NCBI RefSeq assembly: GCF_052425735.1
Contig: NC_135769.1
Span: forward strand, 29,264,001-29,328,000
From: Oculina patagonica
Lineage: Eukaryota
Length of the DNA: 64,000 nt
Direction of reading: 5' to 3'
Shown here: one piece after another, positions 51,536-63,496 of the stretch
Layout of the letters: every line of letters begins with the position of its first letter
How positions within the stretch are numbered: the first letter of the stretch is position 1
Made by a program: the position numbers and the translations under genes
Notes under the pieces: model-generated
The model's input: the letters and a program-made list of their open reading frames with translations, nothing else
Told to the model about the DNA's origin: nothing
Database searches by the model: none

Positions 51536-53158
51536 AGTAGTGTTGGCCCTCTGGTATGTTTGTTGTGTGATTATACAACCAATAAAAAACATAATACTGC
51601 ATTGTAATACCTACAAATCCCGTAACTTTAATAATCAACGATCTGCAAGCAGAAATATGATTGAAATATAAGCACCATACAGTTCTGTAATAAGGCCTGA
51701 GTCTATAATTGTTGAAAGTGATTTGTAGTGTGTTTATTTCTGGAGTGGCTTATTTATTAACAAATGGAATTTGGATTCAAAAACTGGTTGGCATTAAATA
51801 CTTGACAAGATTTTGTGTATAAAGTGTATCAGTGTACATGCATAAGTATCTTGTATCGTAAAACTCTTAAAAGATGGAATTGAACCTCTGAAAAAGCTCT
51901 AGCCTACAGCTGTGAATATAATATGAAAAGTCCATGATCATAAAATAACACTGTTAAAAACTGATGCACAACAAGGTGAATAGAAAAAACGATTTGAAGC
52001 AGATGCTATCTGATATTTAACTTAAAAAGAAGTTTTTTTTTAGATCCATATATTGTAATCATAGTCAGACTCTACTGTTTTGGTCTCAGGGTGTGATGAG
52101 GGTGCGAAAGCGTGTCACCTTGATGGTCGTAGCTGTCACTGCCATATTTGGAATCTGTTTTGGCACGGGCCAGCTTATATATGTCTTATTGTGCTTCATA
52201 TCCAGCGACATTGCCGCCATGCTATTCGCTATTGCTGACGTGATGATCTTGTTCAACTCTGCTGTCAACCCGTTTGTGTACGCTCTGTTGAACCAGCAAT
52301 TCAGAGATAAGATGAAAGGAATGTTGTGCTGCACTGGTTCCTCTACATCAGTGGTTCATCCTATGCCAGAACCGCTGGGTATGGAGCTTGCCGTGCGCAT
52401 CGTCCAGCCGACCAACACAGCAGGACAATGCTCCACAAAGTGACGTGTTCATTTCTTTCCAGTGTTTCGAGTCAGTTAATATATTCTGAATAGTAATACT
52501 CACGGAACTCGATAGAGTTTGCTTATCAGTTTATCTAGACATTTGTGGATTATAACTTTCTAAATAGTGCAGTGAGAAGCAGTAGTGCTTGATTTACTTT
52601 CAAGCAAACACTGTTGTGTAAAATATATTAATGGCAATTGGCAATTATAATACCATACTTACTATTGTCTGCTAAGCATATGCTTTGCTTGTATCTTTTG
52701 ACTCTCAACTACTAAGCATTAGAGTAACTTTTGGTTGTAGATAATAAAATAAAGATGTTAAAAATTAATTTAATTTTGTCTCGATTTCTGTTTTTTTTTT
52801 CTGCTGTCTAATTATTCTCAAGCCAAAGCTCGTTGGTTACGTTCACGATACAGTAACACCTCTATAATCTCAAGCAATTTGTGGTTCAAACTTTCTTTTG
52901 ACAAATGCGCTTTGCTCGTCTGTACAGGTCAAAAAACACCATACACTGGCGAAGTTTTTGAACAGTCGACCTATGTCAGACTGCAGTCCTATGCCAGACT
53001 GCTCAGAGCCTGAAATTTTATTTTCAGGTTTTCATTAGTATGGCACAATTGCATTTTTTCACATATATATATTTCATTGCTACTGCTGGACACACATTCA
53101 TTTATTTTTGAAAAATGAAGACAAAACTAAAACGGGGCCATCACAACCTGTTTCCGTT

Positions 53159-53240
53159 TGGCCTCAATCTCAATCGGTAGAGCAACGGTCATCTAATTAA
53201 GAAGTCGTAGGTTCGAATTCCACCGAGGTCAAGGAATTTT
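53159..53240 (+). mobile_element. tRNA-derived SINE head
   Basis: CTCAATCGGTAGAGC (A-box-like) and GGTTCGAATTCC (B box); degenerate cloverleaf. Confidence 0.55.
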
Positions 53241-54117
53241 TCCTCGCCTCATGTGATCCCTGTTTTCCTTTCTAGCGCTTATAGTGTATTATTTGACAAA
53301 TTGCAACTGAAGAGGTGGCACGGTCACAACTTTGTTAGTGATCCACTCGGGTTCATTACCCATGCATATCTCCTTTGCCGCAAATTCGCTGTGTAAATTA
53401 CCACGACCTGCTCCCATCTGGCCGCAGTTGGCTAGAGTTACGATAACACGTTCCTGACAGCATTGGTTCAAACATTTTCTCTCTCCTGGGGGTCCTTATA
53501 TATAGTGCGTGTAGCCCAGGGCAATTTTACAGTCCTCATTTCATTAGTGACATTTATTTATAACATTTTATTATTGACATTATTATTGACAAATAAATGT
53601 GTTTTTCTCTTCCCTCTTCCAGTAAGCCTTTCACTTGCCGTGCCCTCCCCTCGATCATTCGATACTTTCGCTCAACCACCCCAAACCCCCCCCCCCCCCC
53701 ACCTCTTCTCGCACTCTTATGGGTAAGGCCACTCCTCAGCTATCTTTGCCAACGTTTTGGTGGTGTTGTTTGCCGTGAGCAGTTCAGAGTGAATCATCGA
53801 CAAAATGGGCTCGGCCCCGGGCCGCCCAATAAGAGCAGGGGGCCAAGCAAGACCAAATTTGCTTAAAAACTGCCTGTCAGGATCTTTTTAGACTTCTTCG
53901 TCCAAAAAAGCTTAGGTTCTTTTCCAGACAAATTGAAGATGCAGAACAACGCCTCCGCGCAGGCGAGGGAGAAAACTAGAAAGGAAAAACGGTAACAGCC
54001 ACTTGCTACGGATCGAAAGAGGGTGGGAGAGGCAAACAGGTCAATTGACAAAACATCTCGTGGGAAAATGTAAGGTGGTTTATGTTTTGAAAACGTAATT
54101 AGTTTCCTCAGTTAGCT

Positions 54118-54387
54118 CTACAATGAGCGCCAAAAGTGTTGAGACAGTCGGCACTTTTTAAGTACCTTGGACAAATTTTACCCCTCACCCCTTCAATATA
54201 ACCCCCTCCCCCCCGAAACAATGTTGTATTTGTTATCTGCAAGACTTGCCTCGTTTGAGTACAACATTGAAAAGGGGGGAGGGGGAGTGGTTCAGAAGCG
54301 GCAGCAGATTAAAGGTGAAAAAACGGGAATTTTAAATTAGTATCAATTTCATCCAACTGTCTCAAGGACTTTTGACGCCCATTGTAG
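54118..54387. mobile_element. Small MITE
   Basis: ~30-bp imperfect TIR CTACAATGAGCGCCAAAAGTGTTGAGACAGT / ACTGTCTCAAGGACTTTTGACGCCCATTGTAG; TSD unclear. Confidence 0.65.
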
Positions 54388-55677
54388 GTACGCGTTTTTC
54401 TGCTCGGTATCTGTCTACGATCACTTGCAACTGGTGTTTGTGGTTAGGATATTATGAAAATCTCACCTGAAACGTCAGTCACCCCATTGTCTCTACCAAT
54501 CTAATATCGCAAGATTGGATCAAGGGACGAGTATAAGATTGACATTTGAACGGTAATTAAAATTGCAGTTCTAAAGCAATCTAAAGCTGTTTTTTTAGCA
54601 ATTGACGAGAATATAGACGAAAAAAAACTTTAATCGACTGATCAAAGGAGAAACGAGAGCTTTGAAACAATTAACAGAGTTGAAAAACAATGAAATAGTA
54701 GACGTTTCACTTTATGTATGCAAATATAACAACAAATGAAACAACAAGGCAGCGTTCACAGATAGAAAAAGGCCGCGCGCATTTGATTAGATCATGCTCA
54801 TATTTATTTTTATATATATTTATATTTGTTTACCGCCACTTCATGCCCTGTCATTAGAATACGGGCAAAAACCAATTTTCAAAAGGAAACCAAGTGCTTA
54901 AAGGGAAAAAGCAGGTGTAGGTCATAAAAAAGATCGTTTTTAATATTATGGTTGCGACTTTTCAGTGATTAATTATTTAAATTTGGTATGACAAAGTCAA
55001 ATTTTCATTACATTTTCAAAATTTCCATACTACATAAAACAAATGAATGGCTTTCTTCTTCTAACGAAACATGTGTGGAGAAAGTGACTCTTTGTTATGT
55101 TAAAATCAACTTCTAAATAAGAAATCATCTGTAAACTGTTGTGCTTTCTTAAGTTTCGTTCTTTCTGAAAACATCTTAAAGATGCTTTTTCCAGGGAGCC
55201 TTTTAAAGGTGAGGATAGCATCTTTTTTCTTGTTTGCTTGGTTTGCTAACATTTTCTTTTCTAAAAGATTTGACGGAATAGGCTTTTGATTATCAAATAT
55301 TGAACATCTTGATCGATATTGTCCTCAGTAAACTGTTATTTTTCACGGGATGAGAAATTAAAATTATAACAGTTTTAAATACAGCATAAAATTCAGAGAG
55401 TATTCATCTTTTGATGGTTACGATACGTTTAAAATGAAACACTGCATGATTTATGCATCCAAAACAACAAAAGACATCCATTGCGTGTTATTTAGTATAC
55501 CCTGCTTACGAATCTAGAGCTGCATAAATTTGTTTTCTAGAAGAGTGTTTTTGTAGTCTCTTGTGGAAACTACCTGTGCTAATAATAACCGCCTAAATCT
55601 TTAAACATTCAGGTAAGAGCATAAAAAGGTGCGAGTAAAGTCAGTTTGCAAGAGGTTTCGTTTAGTATTTTGTCCAA

Positions 55678-55842
55678 CATCGACCCCACATCGACCCCAC
55701 ATCGGCCCTACATCGGCCCTACATCGACCCCACATCGGCCCTACATCGGCCCTACATCGACCCCACATCGGCCCTACATCGGCCCTGCATCGACCCAACA
55801 TCGACCCGACATCCGTCTGCCCCACATCGACCCCACATCGAC
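55678..55842. repeat. 11-bp minisatellite
   Basis: CATCGGCCCTA / CATCGACCCCA units in a 33-bp higher-order pattern. Confidence 0.9.
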
Positions 55843-56800
55843 CTTTTTCGACATGAATGGTGGAAGAAAATGTTTTTTTTTTTTTTGTCGAATAAAAAGC
55901 AATCGATTACCAAACGTAAATCGTTCACAAATCAAGTTCCTTTCTGGTTGTATACATTTGATGTGAACAAGAAAAGGCGGTCGGCATCGCCTTCTGTCTA
56001 CCACCTTTCTCTGAAAAACCAATGCGGTTTGTTCTTGACACGGAGTTTATTAGACGTAAGATTTAAGATTTCGATAGATTTCTTAAATTTCCATTCACAT
56101 CCTGTAACAACAGTTTTTATCTGTTTTCTTGTATATCGGCTGACAGCATTTAGAAAATGAAGCCAAAAAGAATAAATAAAAAACTTTGTCGCCGCTCTGA
56201 CATATGACAAAATTATATGAAAAAGAAACATTTGTTACAGATCGATTAAATTTCAAGTGGGTTAAGGTTGCGTTTGTCTTTTTACCAGGAGTTTCTCTGG
56301 AATATGTGCATGCCTCTTTACAACTTCAGAATGGTTCGGTAATGGGTCTTTGTCTGGAACGCTTGCCTTGTTTGAAACGTGTGTCTTTGAAACGTGCGTC
56401 TTCCTAAAAGGTAATTCTATGTTAATGCGTTTAGCCGTTATCACTTTTCCACTTTCCATTAGCATTTATCAACTAGAAATTGAGACTTCACGCATATTGT
56501 TTGTGTCCAGGTCACGAATTTTAAACGTTCTTCGATCATGTCCGGATCAGCTGGTGTTGCCATAACAACTGTACTGACCATACTCGCCATTGTAGATATC
56601 GTGGGGAACACTCTCGTTTGTTTGATCATAAAGAGAAATCGAGATATGAGGTATGTTCAGACTAAAATAATTAACAATGGGGTTTTAAGCTAGACGCCAA
56701 TAATGATTCCTTCCTTTTTTCTTGCAAGGACAAATTGCGCTTGCTCAATATTTGGCAAGTGTTGCTCGCAGCATTTATAGTTTATGGTGGGCTATTACAA

Positions 56801-56866
56801 TTATCATCATCATCATCATCATCATTATCATCATCATCATCATCATCATCATCATTATCATCATCA
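56801..56866. repeat. (CAT)n microsatellite
   Basis: Trinucleotide run with TAT interruptions. Confidence 0.95.
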
Positions 56867-59041
56867 ATTTAGTTGTAACCCGCTAGATAATTTTAAATAG
56901 CCGAGTTGCAAATTTAAATTGCTATCGATCCTTCTAATATGGACCGGAAGCTTTTTTGCATATGCATGCACCTAACAAAACCGGTTTTTTTTTTTCGTTC
57001 TTAATATAGATATCAAATGCTTTTTATTTCCGTAGAAATCCCATTAATTATCTCCTTATGAACCTGGCTATAGCGGATATCATTTACGCGGTGTTTATCA
57101 TCCCCAGAGTTTACTACCAACTCCGTTTTGCTCACCATCCAGGCGGGGTGATTGGTACGATCCTATGCAAACTCGTGACAGGTGGATTCATCGCGTGGAC
57201 TGGGTCGGCTTTCTCAATTGTTACTCTGGTTTTAATTACCATTGAACGATATCATGCAGTGATCTATCCCCCATGGCAACAAATTGAAGTTTACAAATCG
57301 TAAACTGAAGGTGAGTTTAAATGAAAAGGTTTAATTTTTGGTTCACCCTGTTCAGACCGGGCTTTTTTGTACCTTCTGGAACCAAGAAAGCCCTCTGTAA
57401 CTTTCAGACCACTTATGTAGTTCTTTGTAGTGTAACACTTTTTGCTCTCTGGGGAGACATAGGCAGTAATTTTTAACAATTTCAGAAAAAAATGGTGGTA
57501 CAGATCAACGTAAATCGACAAATTTACGGCCTAATTTGATATTCCAGCTAGTTTAAAAGACCAACGACGCAAACAGATTGCATTTAAATTAGGCCAGGCA
57601 ATAATTTGAAGACTGTTCTTTCGAGGAGCGAGATCTCCGATGAAAGCGAGTTGAGGAAATATGTTTTTCGGCTACATTCCAGAGGTGGTACCCGATTCGT
57701 CGATGTTGAAGTTGCACGCCTTGTATAAATATTTGCATCCTGTACACGAGTCGAAAACTTAAACTCATAGAATTTCTCTCGCACACTTTAACTGGAAAAC
57801 CAGGGTCGCACTAAGCAAAGTGCCCCGAAGACAGATTTTTTCCGTTAAGTAAACAAATTCTGGCAAAACCTTTTTCGATTTTCTTAAACAGACGAGTAAC
57901 CGTGGTAAGACATTATAAATTTAAACGCATTCTCTAGCTAAAAGTTTCAAATTATGTCTGCAATCTTTTACAAACAATAAATGTGTTCTCCTAACTCGAA
58001 AATTTCCCTTGTCGATTACATGTACGTTATTAAAGTCGATAGACTTTCAACCATGCGTGATTGTGATGTAAGGAAACTTAGACATTACTTTATTTATTGA
58101 ACTGAACAAGACTAAATTCAACTGGGAATTGGCTCATTACTAGCATTCTTTTCGACGGCATAACGATCGCCTTTGTTTAAAGCCAAATAGTAATTAATAT
58201 AACGAGATTCATACTTTACAATTTTAGGTGATTATTCCTGCTTCCTGGGTCTTTGCCTTAATATTCGATCTGCCGGTATTGCTTGTAAATGACGTTGTGA
58301 AGACGAAGAGCGGTAACTCCTGTGTGGAACTCTGGCCAGAAGGTTGGGTGGGGAAGGCCTATAGTGGGGCGTGGAGTGTCGGAGTATTCCTGCCCTTGAT
58401 ACTGATAATTGGGCTTTATTCCAGAGTCGTGTACGCTTTGTGGTTCAAACGTAATGACAACGGTGGCCAAGTAACCCAGCAACAAAAAGTAAGTGTAGCC
58501 TAGTGTTGGCTCCCAATTGGTTACCTTGTTATAGTTATGGTATGCTCGGGAACGTTTCATGTTAATTTGATAGCTGTGCACTTCCTACACAAAATCGTTG
58601 TAAGTATATAATATTAACCTGTTTTTGAGACTCAAACTCCGTCTGTAAATAAGCCACTCCGAAAAAGTACACCACAAAATCGCTTTCAACACAATTAAGC
58701 CAGACCTTATTTCAGAATTTGGGGGGGGGGGGGGGAGGGTTCTTTTCTTTTTTTTTTCCGCTAATGGGGCGATTACCAATAGCCGATCCCTTGTGTTCTT
58801 CAATTCGTTGGTGAAGATGTCGGCACGTGTAACCCTACATCACACAGGTTACACTGAAAATTAAACGCAACGCATCCTTGATTCACAAGTTTAAGTCCTT
58901 AATGGCCTTAAGTCTTATAACAAAATCAATATCTAAGAAACAATATTGGGGAATATCGTTTGTAATCGTTGTAAAGGTTCTTTGAAGCAGCTGCTATCCG
59001 ACCATTGACTTAAAAAATAGCTATTAGATAAAATATATATT

Positions 59042-59977
59042 GGTGCGGTCACATCTAGGTTACTAACTATAGTTAAGACGGGTTAATTATAATTAGCTAT
59101 TTCGGTATTGTGACCGCTTCTCAGTTCACTCTAACTATAGTTAGAAAATAAACGCCTCGTTGATCCAAAACAATACAGACTAACTAGAGTTGAAGCCTGT
59201 TTACACAGGCGATCTTTGTCGCGCAACTCAATGCAGTTTTTGTCGCGCCGAAGTTGCACAATATCGCGGCTATAAAATCTCCATTAAAAATGCCATGATT
59301 TTGCAACTTCGCCGCGATATCACGGCGAAATTGCATGAAGTCGCCGCGATATCGCAGGAGTTTCGAACCTGTTAGAAACTTTATGCAACTTCGGCGCGAC
59401 GAAAATTGCATTGAGTTGCGTGACAAAAATGTCCTGTGTAAACGGGGTTAATTATACCCACGCAGGGTTCATGGGTTAGTCTTTAGTTTACAAACGAACA
59501 AACAATCAGAATGTGACACTTCTTTTGCACGTACGAGAATGAACAGAATAGAGCGTGAAGCAGGGGCAAAAAAGGAAAACAACATGCCAAGAAATTACAT
59601 ATAACTCATGTTTAAGCAAAAATAAAGCTGGAATTCTTAAGCGTACGTCCAGTATCTGTTTAAAGTTTTACCTTATTTCATTTTTTTTTGTCTACGACGG
59701 CGAGTTGCCGTACAAAAAAAGAAAAAAAATAGGGGAACAAGTAGACACAGCTTTTGCCGGTCAACATTTTTTCACATTTAACGTTCAACAACAAGGGCTG
59801 TCATGAACTTATTTTAATTCCAAATTCTGCAAAGTCTTATCAGAACTAACTGTAGTTAACTGCATTGGTGTGACCGAATAGGCGACCGAAAGCACTTACT
59901 CCGGTTAGATATGACGTCACGTAACTTGAAACAAACTAAAGTTAAACTTTAGTTTCGTCGTAGATGTGACCGCAGCC
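59042..59977. mobile_element. MITE (Harbinger/ISL2EU-like) hosting a second MITE
   Basis: TIR TGCGGTCACATCTA / TAGATGTGACCGCA. Confidence 0.6.
59194..59448. mobile_element. Palindromic Harbinger-type MITE nested in the previous element
   Basis: ~65-bp inverted arms GTTTACACAGG..GCAACTCAATGCA..GTCGCGCCGAAGTTGCA; TGA/TAA flanks. Confidence 0.7.
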
Positions 59978-61633
59978 ATTGTTATCGCAATTACAATATT
60001 ATCTCAATAACATTGTCAGGGTGTGATGATGGTGCGAAAGCGTGTAACCTTGATGGTCGTCGCTGTTACTGCCATATTTGGCATCTGCTGGGGCACTGGA
60101 CAACTTGTCTACCTACTATCTTACTACATATCCAACGACATTGGCGCCGTTCTACTTGTCGTTGCTGACATAATGATCCTGTTCAATTCTACTGTCAACC
60201 CCTTTGTATACGCCCTGTTGAACCAGCAATTTAGGGACAAGATGAAAGGTATGCTGTGCTGTACTGGTTCCTCAACATCAACAGTAGTAAAGGGGGTTAC
60301 CCTACGGAGCACTTAATATTCAAAATGGCGGCCGATCTCAACGAATATAAAATAATAGTAAAAAAAAGAGCTTCAAATTTAAAAAGGAAACGCGTTATAG
60401 GGAAATGTAGGGGGATATGTAAGGATAGAAAAAAAAAAAAAAAGACGGAGGCGAACAGGTGTAACAGGTTTGCGTTGGAACTCTCAAGTCCTCTCAACTA
60501 GTATAAAATAATTTTGAAAATAGTGTCCGATCTCACGTCATATTAAATATTATTAAAAAAGGGCTGGGAATGTAAAGCGAAACGCCATACAGAAAAGCAA
60601 GGTTGTCTAAGGTTAAAAACGACAGTGGTAAACAAGGAAACCAGGTTTTCAATTCAAAACAGAAACGTTATAAGAACGTCATTAGAGCCGCCATCTTGGA
60701 TTTCTACAACCTCGTTCCCAGGGCCTCTCTTCCTTTCTTCGGAGGAAAATAGCGGAAATTGACACAAATCAAGCCAGAACGCTTAAAGAAAGTAAAATAA
60801 AAACAAAATGTATCATTTTTGTTTTAAAGAACTGGAAAAATAATGAAATATGTCAAAAAAGAGAAAGGATGAATAAAAAAGCTGACAGCAAACAAGTAAA
60901 TTTTCACAGCATTTATTTAACAGATAGGATGGTTGCTTGTTTACACATGACATCATTAGCAAAAAAAGCATTATTACATGCAAGGTCTAAAAAGTAGAAT
61001 CGATTGGCTTTTAACTCATAAATACAAGTATCTTGAGGTAACAATGCCGGTTTCTCTCTGATTGCCTCATCTTGGTCTCTCGTGAGCCATCTCTATCAAT
61101 GTAGCCAATGAAATTCTTGAGAATATGGTTGCCAGGGTGGTGTTCTTGGCAAGACTGCCTAAGCTTTTCTTCTTTGTGATCTTTTCTTTCTTTCTCTTGA
61201 GTGTTGATTGAGCCTTTTTAGCATTTAACTTGGTGTTTCTTCTAGTAGTTGTATCAGTCTGAACCGTTTTTTTCAATAAGTACAGGGTTTTTGCTTGGTA
61301 TGCTTTCAATCACGTGTTCTCTGTTGTCGTCACCTTTTCCCAAGTTGGGAATATCGGGTGAGGATGCCGCTGAAGATACGCTTTCTGCCTTTACTCTTTC
61401 CATCGCTGAGATGCAAGTAATGCGATATGTCAATTTTCGGTAGATTTTATATCCACTTTATGGTTAATTTCCCTTACAAATGAGCATGAGTAACTCGGTA
61501 AAAATAACTTTGCTCAAAATGAGTCACTCACATCTAAAAGTGAGAGCGCAACAAACCAACGTTCTCATTTTTAGACGGACGATTGACGAGTGAGCTTAGC
61601 GTATGGGTTATTTTTGTCAATTTTGTCACAAAT

Positions 61634-61830
61634 CATGAGCAAATGAGCAAAATGAGCAAATGAGCAATTCAAAATGAGTAACACATGAGCAAGTTGGCTA
61701 GGAGTAATTCAGAGTAACTTATGAGCAAGTTGGGAATAGCTCAGAGTAGGCCATGAGTAAGTTGGAAATAGCTGAGAGTAACTCATGAGCAAGTTGGGAC
61801 TAACTCGGAGAAACTCGTGAGCAAGTTGAG
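61634..61830. repeat. Degenerate TGAGCAA/TGAGTAA repeat tract at the inner IR boundary
   Basis: ATGAGCAA tandem units, then longer units of the form TGAG(C/T)AAGTTGG.. Confidence 0.75.
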
Positions 61831-62289
61831 TGTTGCTAAAAAAGTGGCTGCAAAATGTCCGCGATATAAACTTCTGCAACAGGAGTATTGGATCCAAGTA
61901 GATTGGCAGTATCCGCTGACCAGTAAGTAGCAATGCGAATGATTGGCACTAATCTGTCCCTCTTGGTTACTCGCAAACTAGGTACAGGGGCGTTAGGACG
62001 CAAGTTCCTTGGAGTAGCTCAGGGTGACTCTAAATAAGTTCAAGGGTAACTTGGAGTAGTTAACTTTGTGCAAACGGCAAGCGTAAATGCCAAGAAACTG
62101 ATGGTAGACACGCAAACGACAATATCATATTAATATTGCTTTATTTATTTTGCACAACAATACATTAACGTGTTTCACTTTAGCTAGCGTCATTGTCTTA
62201 TAGCCTGCGTAATTCATTTTGCGTGCTTTTCGCAAATATCAGTGTTTCCCATGTCAACTTTCAGGAGTGGTTTTTGTTTCTTTTTTCTA

Positions 62290-62961
62290 TCATTTTGCTA
62301 GTGGATGTCTCCTGACGTCGTCAGCCTCTTCGTCGGGCGATTCGTCCGGTACTTCTATTGGCTCAAAAACTCTGTTCAATAAAAACTTCCGTTTATTCAC
62401 AGCTGCTTCCGCGGCTTCCTCAAAATCCATGTCATCGTCGTCCATGTAGCGACGTAGCGTTGCCATGACCTCTTTGTGTATATGATCAGATTTGAGATGA
62501 CGAATCCACTTTAGATAATGCAAATACAAGCCTCGTAACTTTTTTCTATATGAAGGTAATAGAAAATTAGAGGCCTTTGCCTCGGCCACGTTTTTAGACG
62601 ACCCCTCTTCCTGGTATCGTTCTACTTGTTCATCATAATTTGAACTCAGATCATCTATAACTTCTAGACGCAGCTTTTTCCAAGGTCTTTCGTCATTTTC
62701 TTCGTCACTTTCAATGCTGGATTCATCATCATCACCATCATCCTCTTTCACATCTTCATCATCCTCTTCTTGTTCGTCTTCGTTGTGGTCATATTCTTCT
62801 TCCTCTGTCTCCACATTATCAAAAACGTCTGGCGAATCTTTAGCCATTGAATTCTGATTAGTGTTTTCCTCAAAGCGTTTCAAGCAACCTTTCTTCTCGT
62901 GGCGATTTCTGTTGTAACTTCGGCTAAATGATTTGTGACAAAATTGACAAAAATAACCCAT
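62290..62961 (-). CDS. Uncharacterised 223-aa protein: N-terminal zinc finger, acidic linker, helical C-terminal domain
   Basis: Intronless ATG-to-stop ORF; C-x2-C-x12-H-x4-C; D/E tract; minus-strand AATAAA at ~62140-62149. Confidence 0.75.
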   Translation of the reverse strand: MGYFCQFCHKSFSRSYNRNRHEKKGCLKRFEENTNQNSMAKDSPDVFDNVETEEEEYDHNEDEQEEDDEDVKEDDGDDDESSIESDEENDERPWKKLRLEVIDDLSSNYDEQVERYQEEGSSKNVAEAKASNFLLPSYRKKLRGLYLHYLKWIRHLKSDHIHKEVMATLRRYMDDDDMDFEEAAEAAVNKRKFLLNRVFEPIEVPDESPDEEADDVRRHPLAK

Positions 62962-63160
62962 ACGCTAAGCTCACTCGTCAATCGTCCGTCTAAAAATGAG
63001 AACGTTGGTTTGTTGCGCTCTCACTTATAGATGTGAGTGACTCATTTTGAGCAAAGTTATTTTTACCGAGTTACTCATGCTCATTTGTAAGGGAAATTAA
63101 CCATAAAGTGGATATAAAATCTACCGAAAATTGACATATCGCATTACTTGCATCTCAGCG

Positions 63161-63496
63161 ATGGAAAGAGTAAAGGCAGAAAGCGTATCTTCAACGGCAT
63201 CCTCACCCGATATTCCCAACTTGGGAAAAGGTGACGACAACAGAGAACACGTGATTGAAAGCATACCAAGCAAAAACCCTGTACTTATTGAAAAAACGGT
63301 TCAGACTGATACAACTACTAGAAGAAACACCAAGTTAAATGCTAAAAAGGCTCAATCAACACTCAAGAGAAAGAAAGAAAAGATCACAAAGAAGAAAAGC
63401 TTAGGCAGTCTTGCCAAGAACACCACCCTGGCAACCATATTCTCAAGAATTTCATTGGCTACATTGATAGAGATGGCTCACGAGAGACCAAGATGA
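63161..63496 (+). CDS. Small Lys-rich protein (111 aa) encoded within the inverted repeat; left-arm copy frameshifted
   Basis: TATAAAA at 63113-63119, ATG 63161, KRKKEKITKKK tract, AATAAA at 63646. The mirror copy (61067-61403, minus) has T7 instead of T6 at ~61267. Confidence 0.45.
   Translation: MERVKAESVSSTASSPDIPNLGKGDDNREHVIESIPSKNPVLIEKTVQTDTTTRRNTKLNAKKAQSTLKRKKEKITKKKSLGSLAKNTTLATIFSRISLATLIEMAHERPR

Larger units (their letters stand above)
48610..52443 (+). pseudogene. Class A GPCR paralogue copy 6 (only exons 3 and 4 present, both open)
   Basis: Exon 3 48610-48867 (258 nt) and exon 4 52090-52443; most similar to copy 7. No exon 1 or 2 between 47132 and 48610. Confidence 0.82.
56538..60316 (+). 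pseudogene. Class A GPCR paralogue copy 7 (+1 frameshift in exon 2; C-tail cut by insertion)
   Basis: Exons 56538-56650, 57036-57310 (275 nt, extra C in run 57268-57272), 58228-58488, 60020-60282. Reads into the inserted element to TAA at 60314-60316. Confidence 0.87.

Noticed and set aside
15700-53240. tRNA-like sequences at 15700, 27695, 40414, 47975, 53159
   Set aside because: A/B boxes are present but stems are broken; these are SINE heads, not tRNA genes.
55678-55842. Regular repeats as a CRISPR array or repetitive protein (also 32508-32591, 36181-36231, 61634-61830)
   Set aside because: No unique spacers, eukaryotic context, no cas genes; simple minisatellites.
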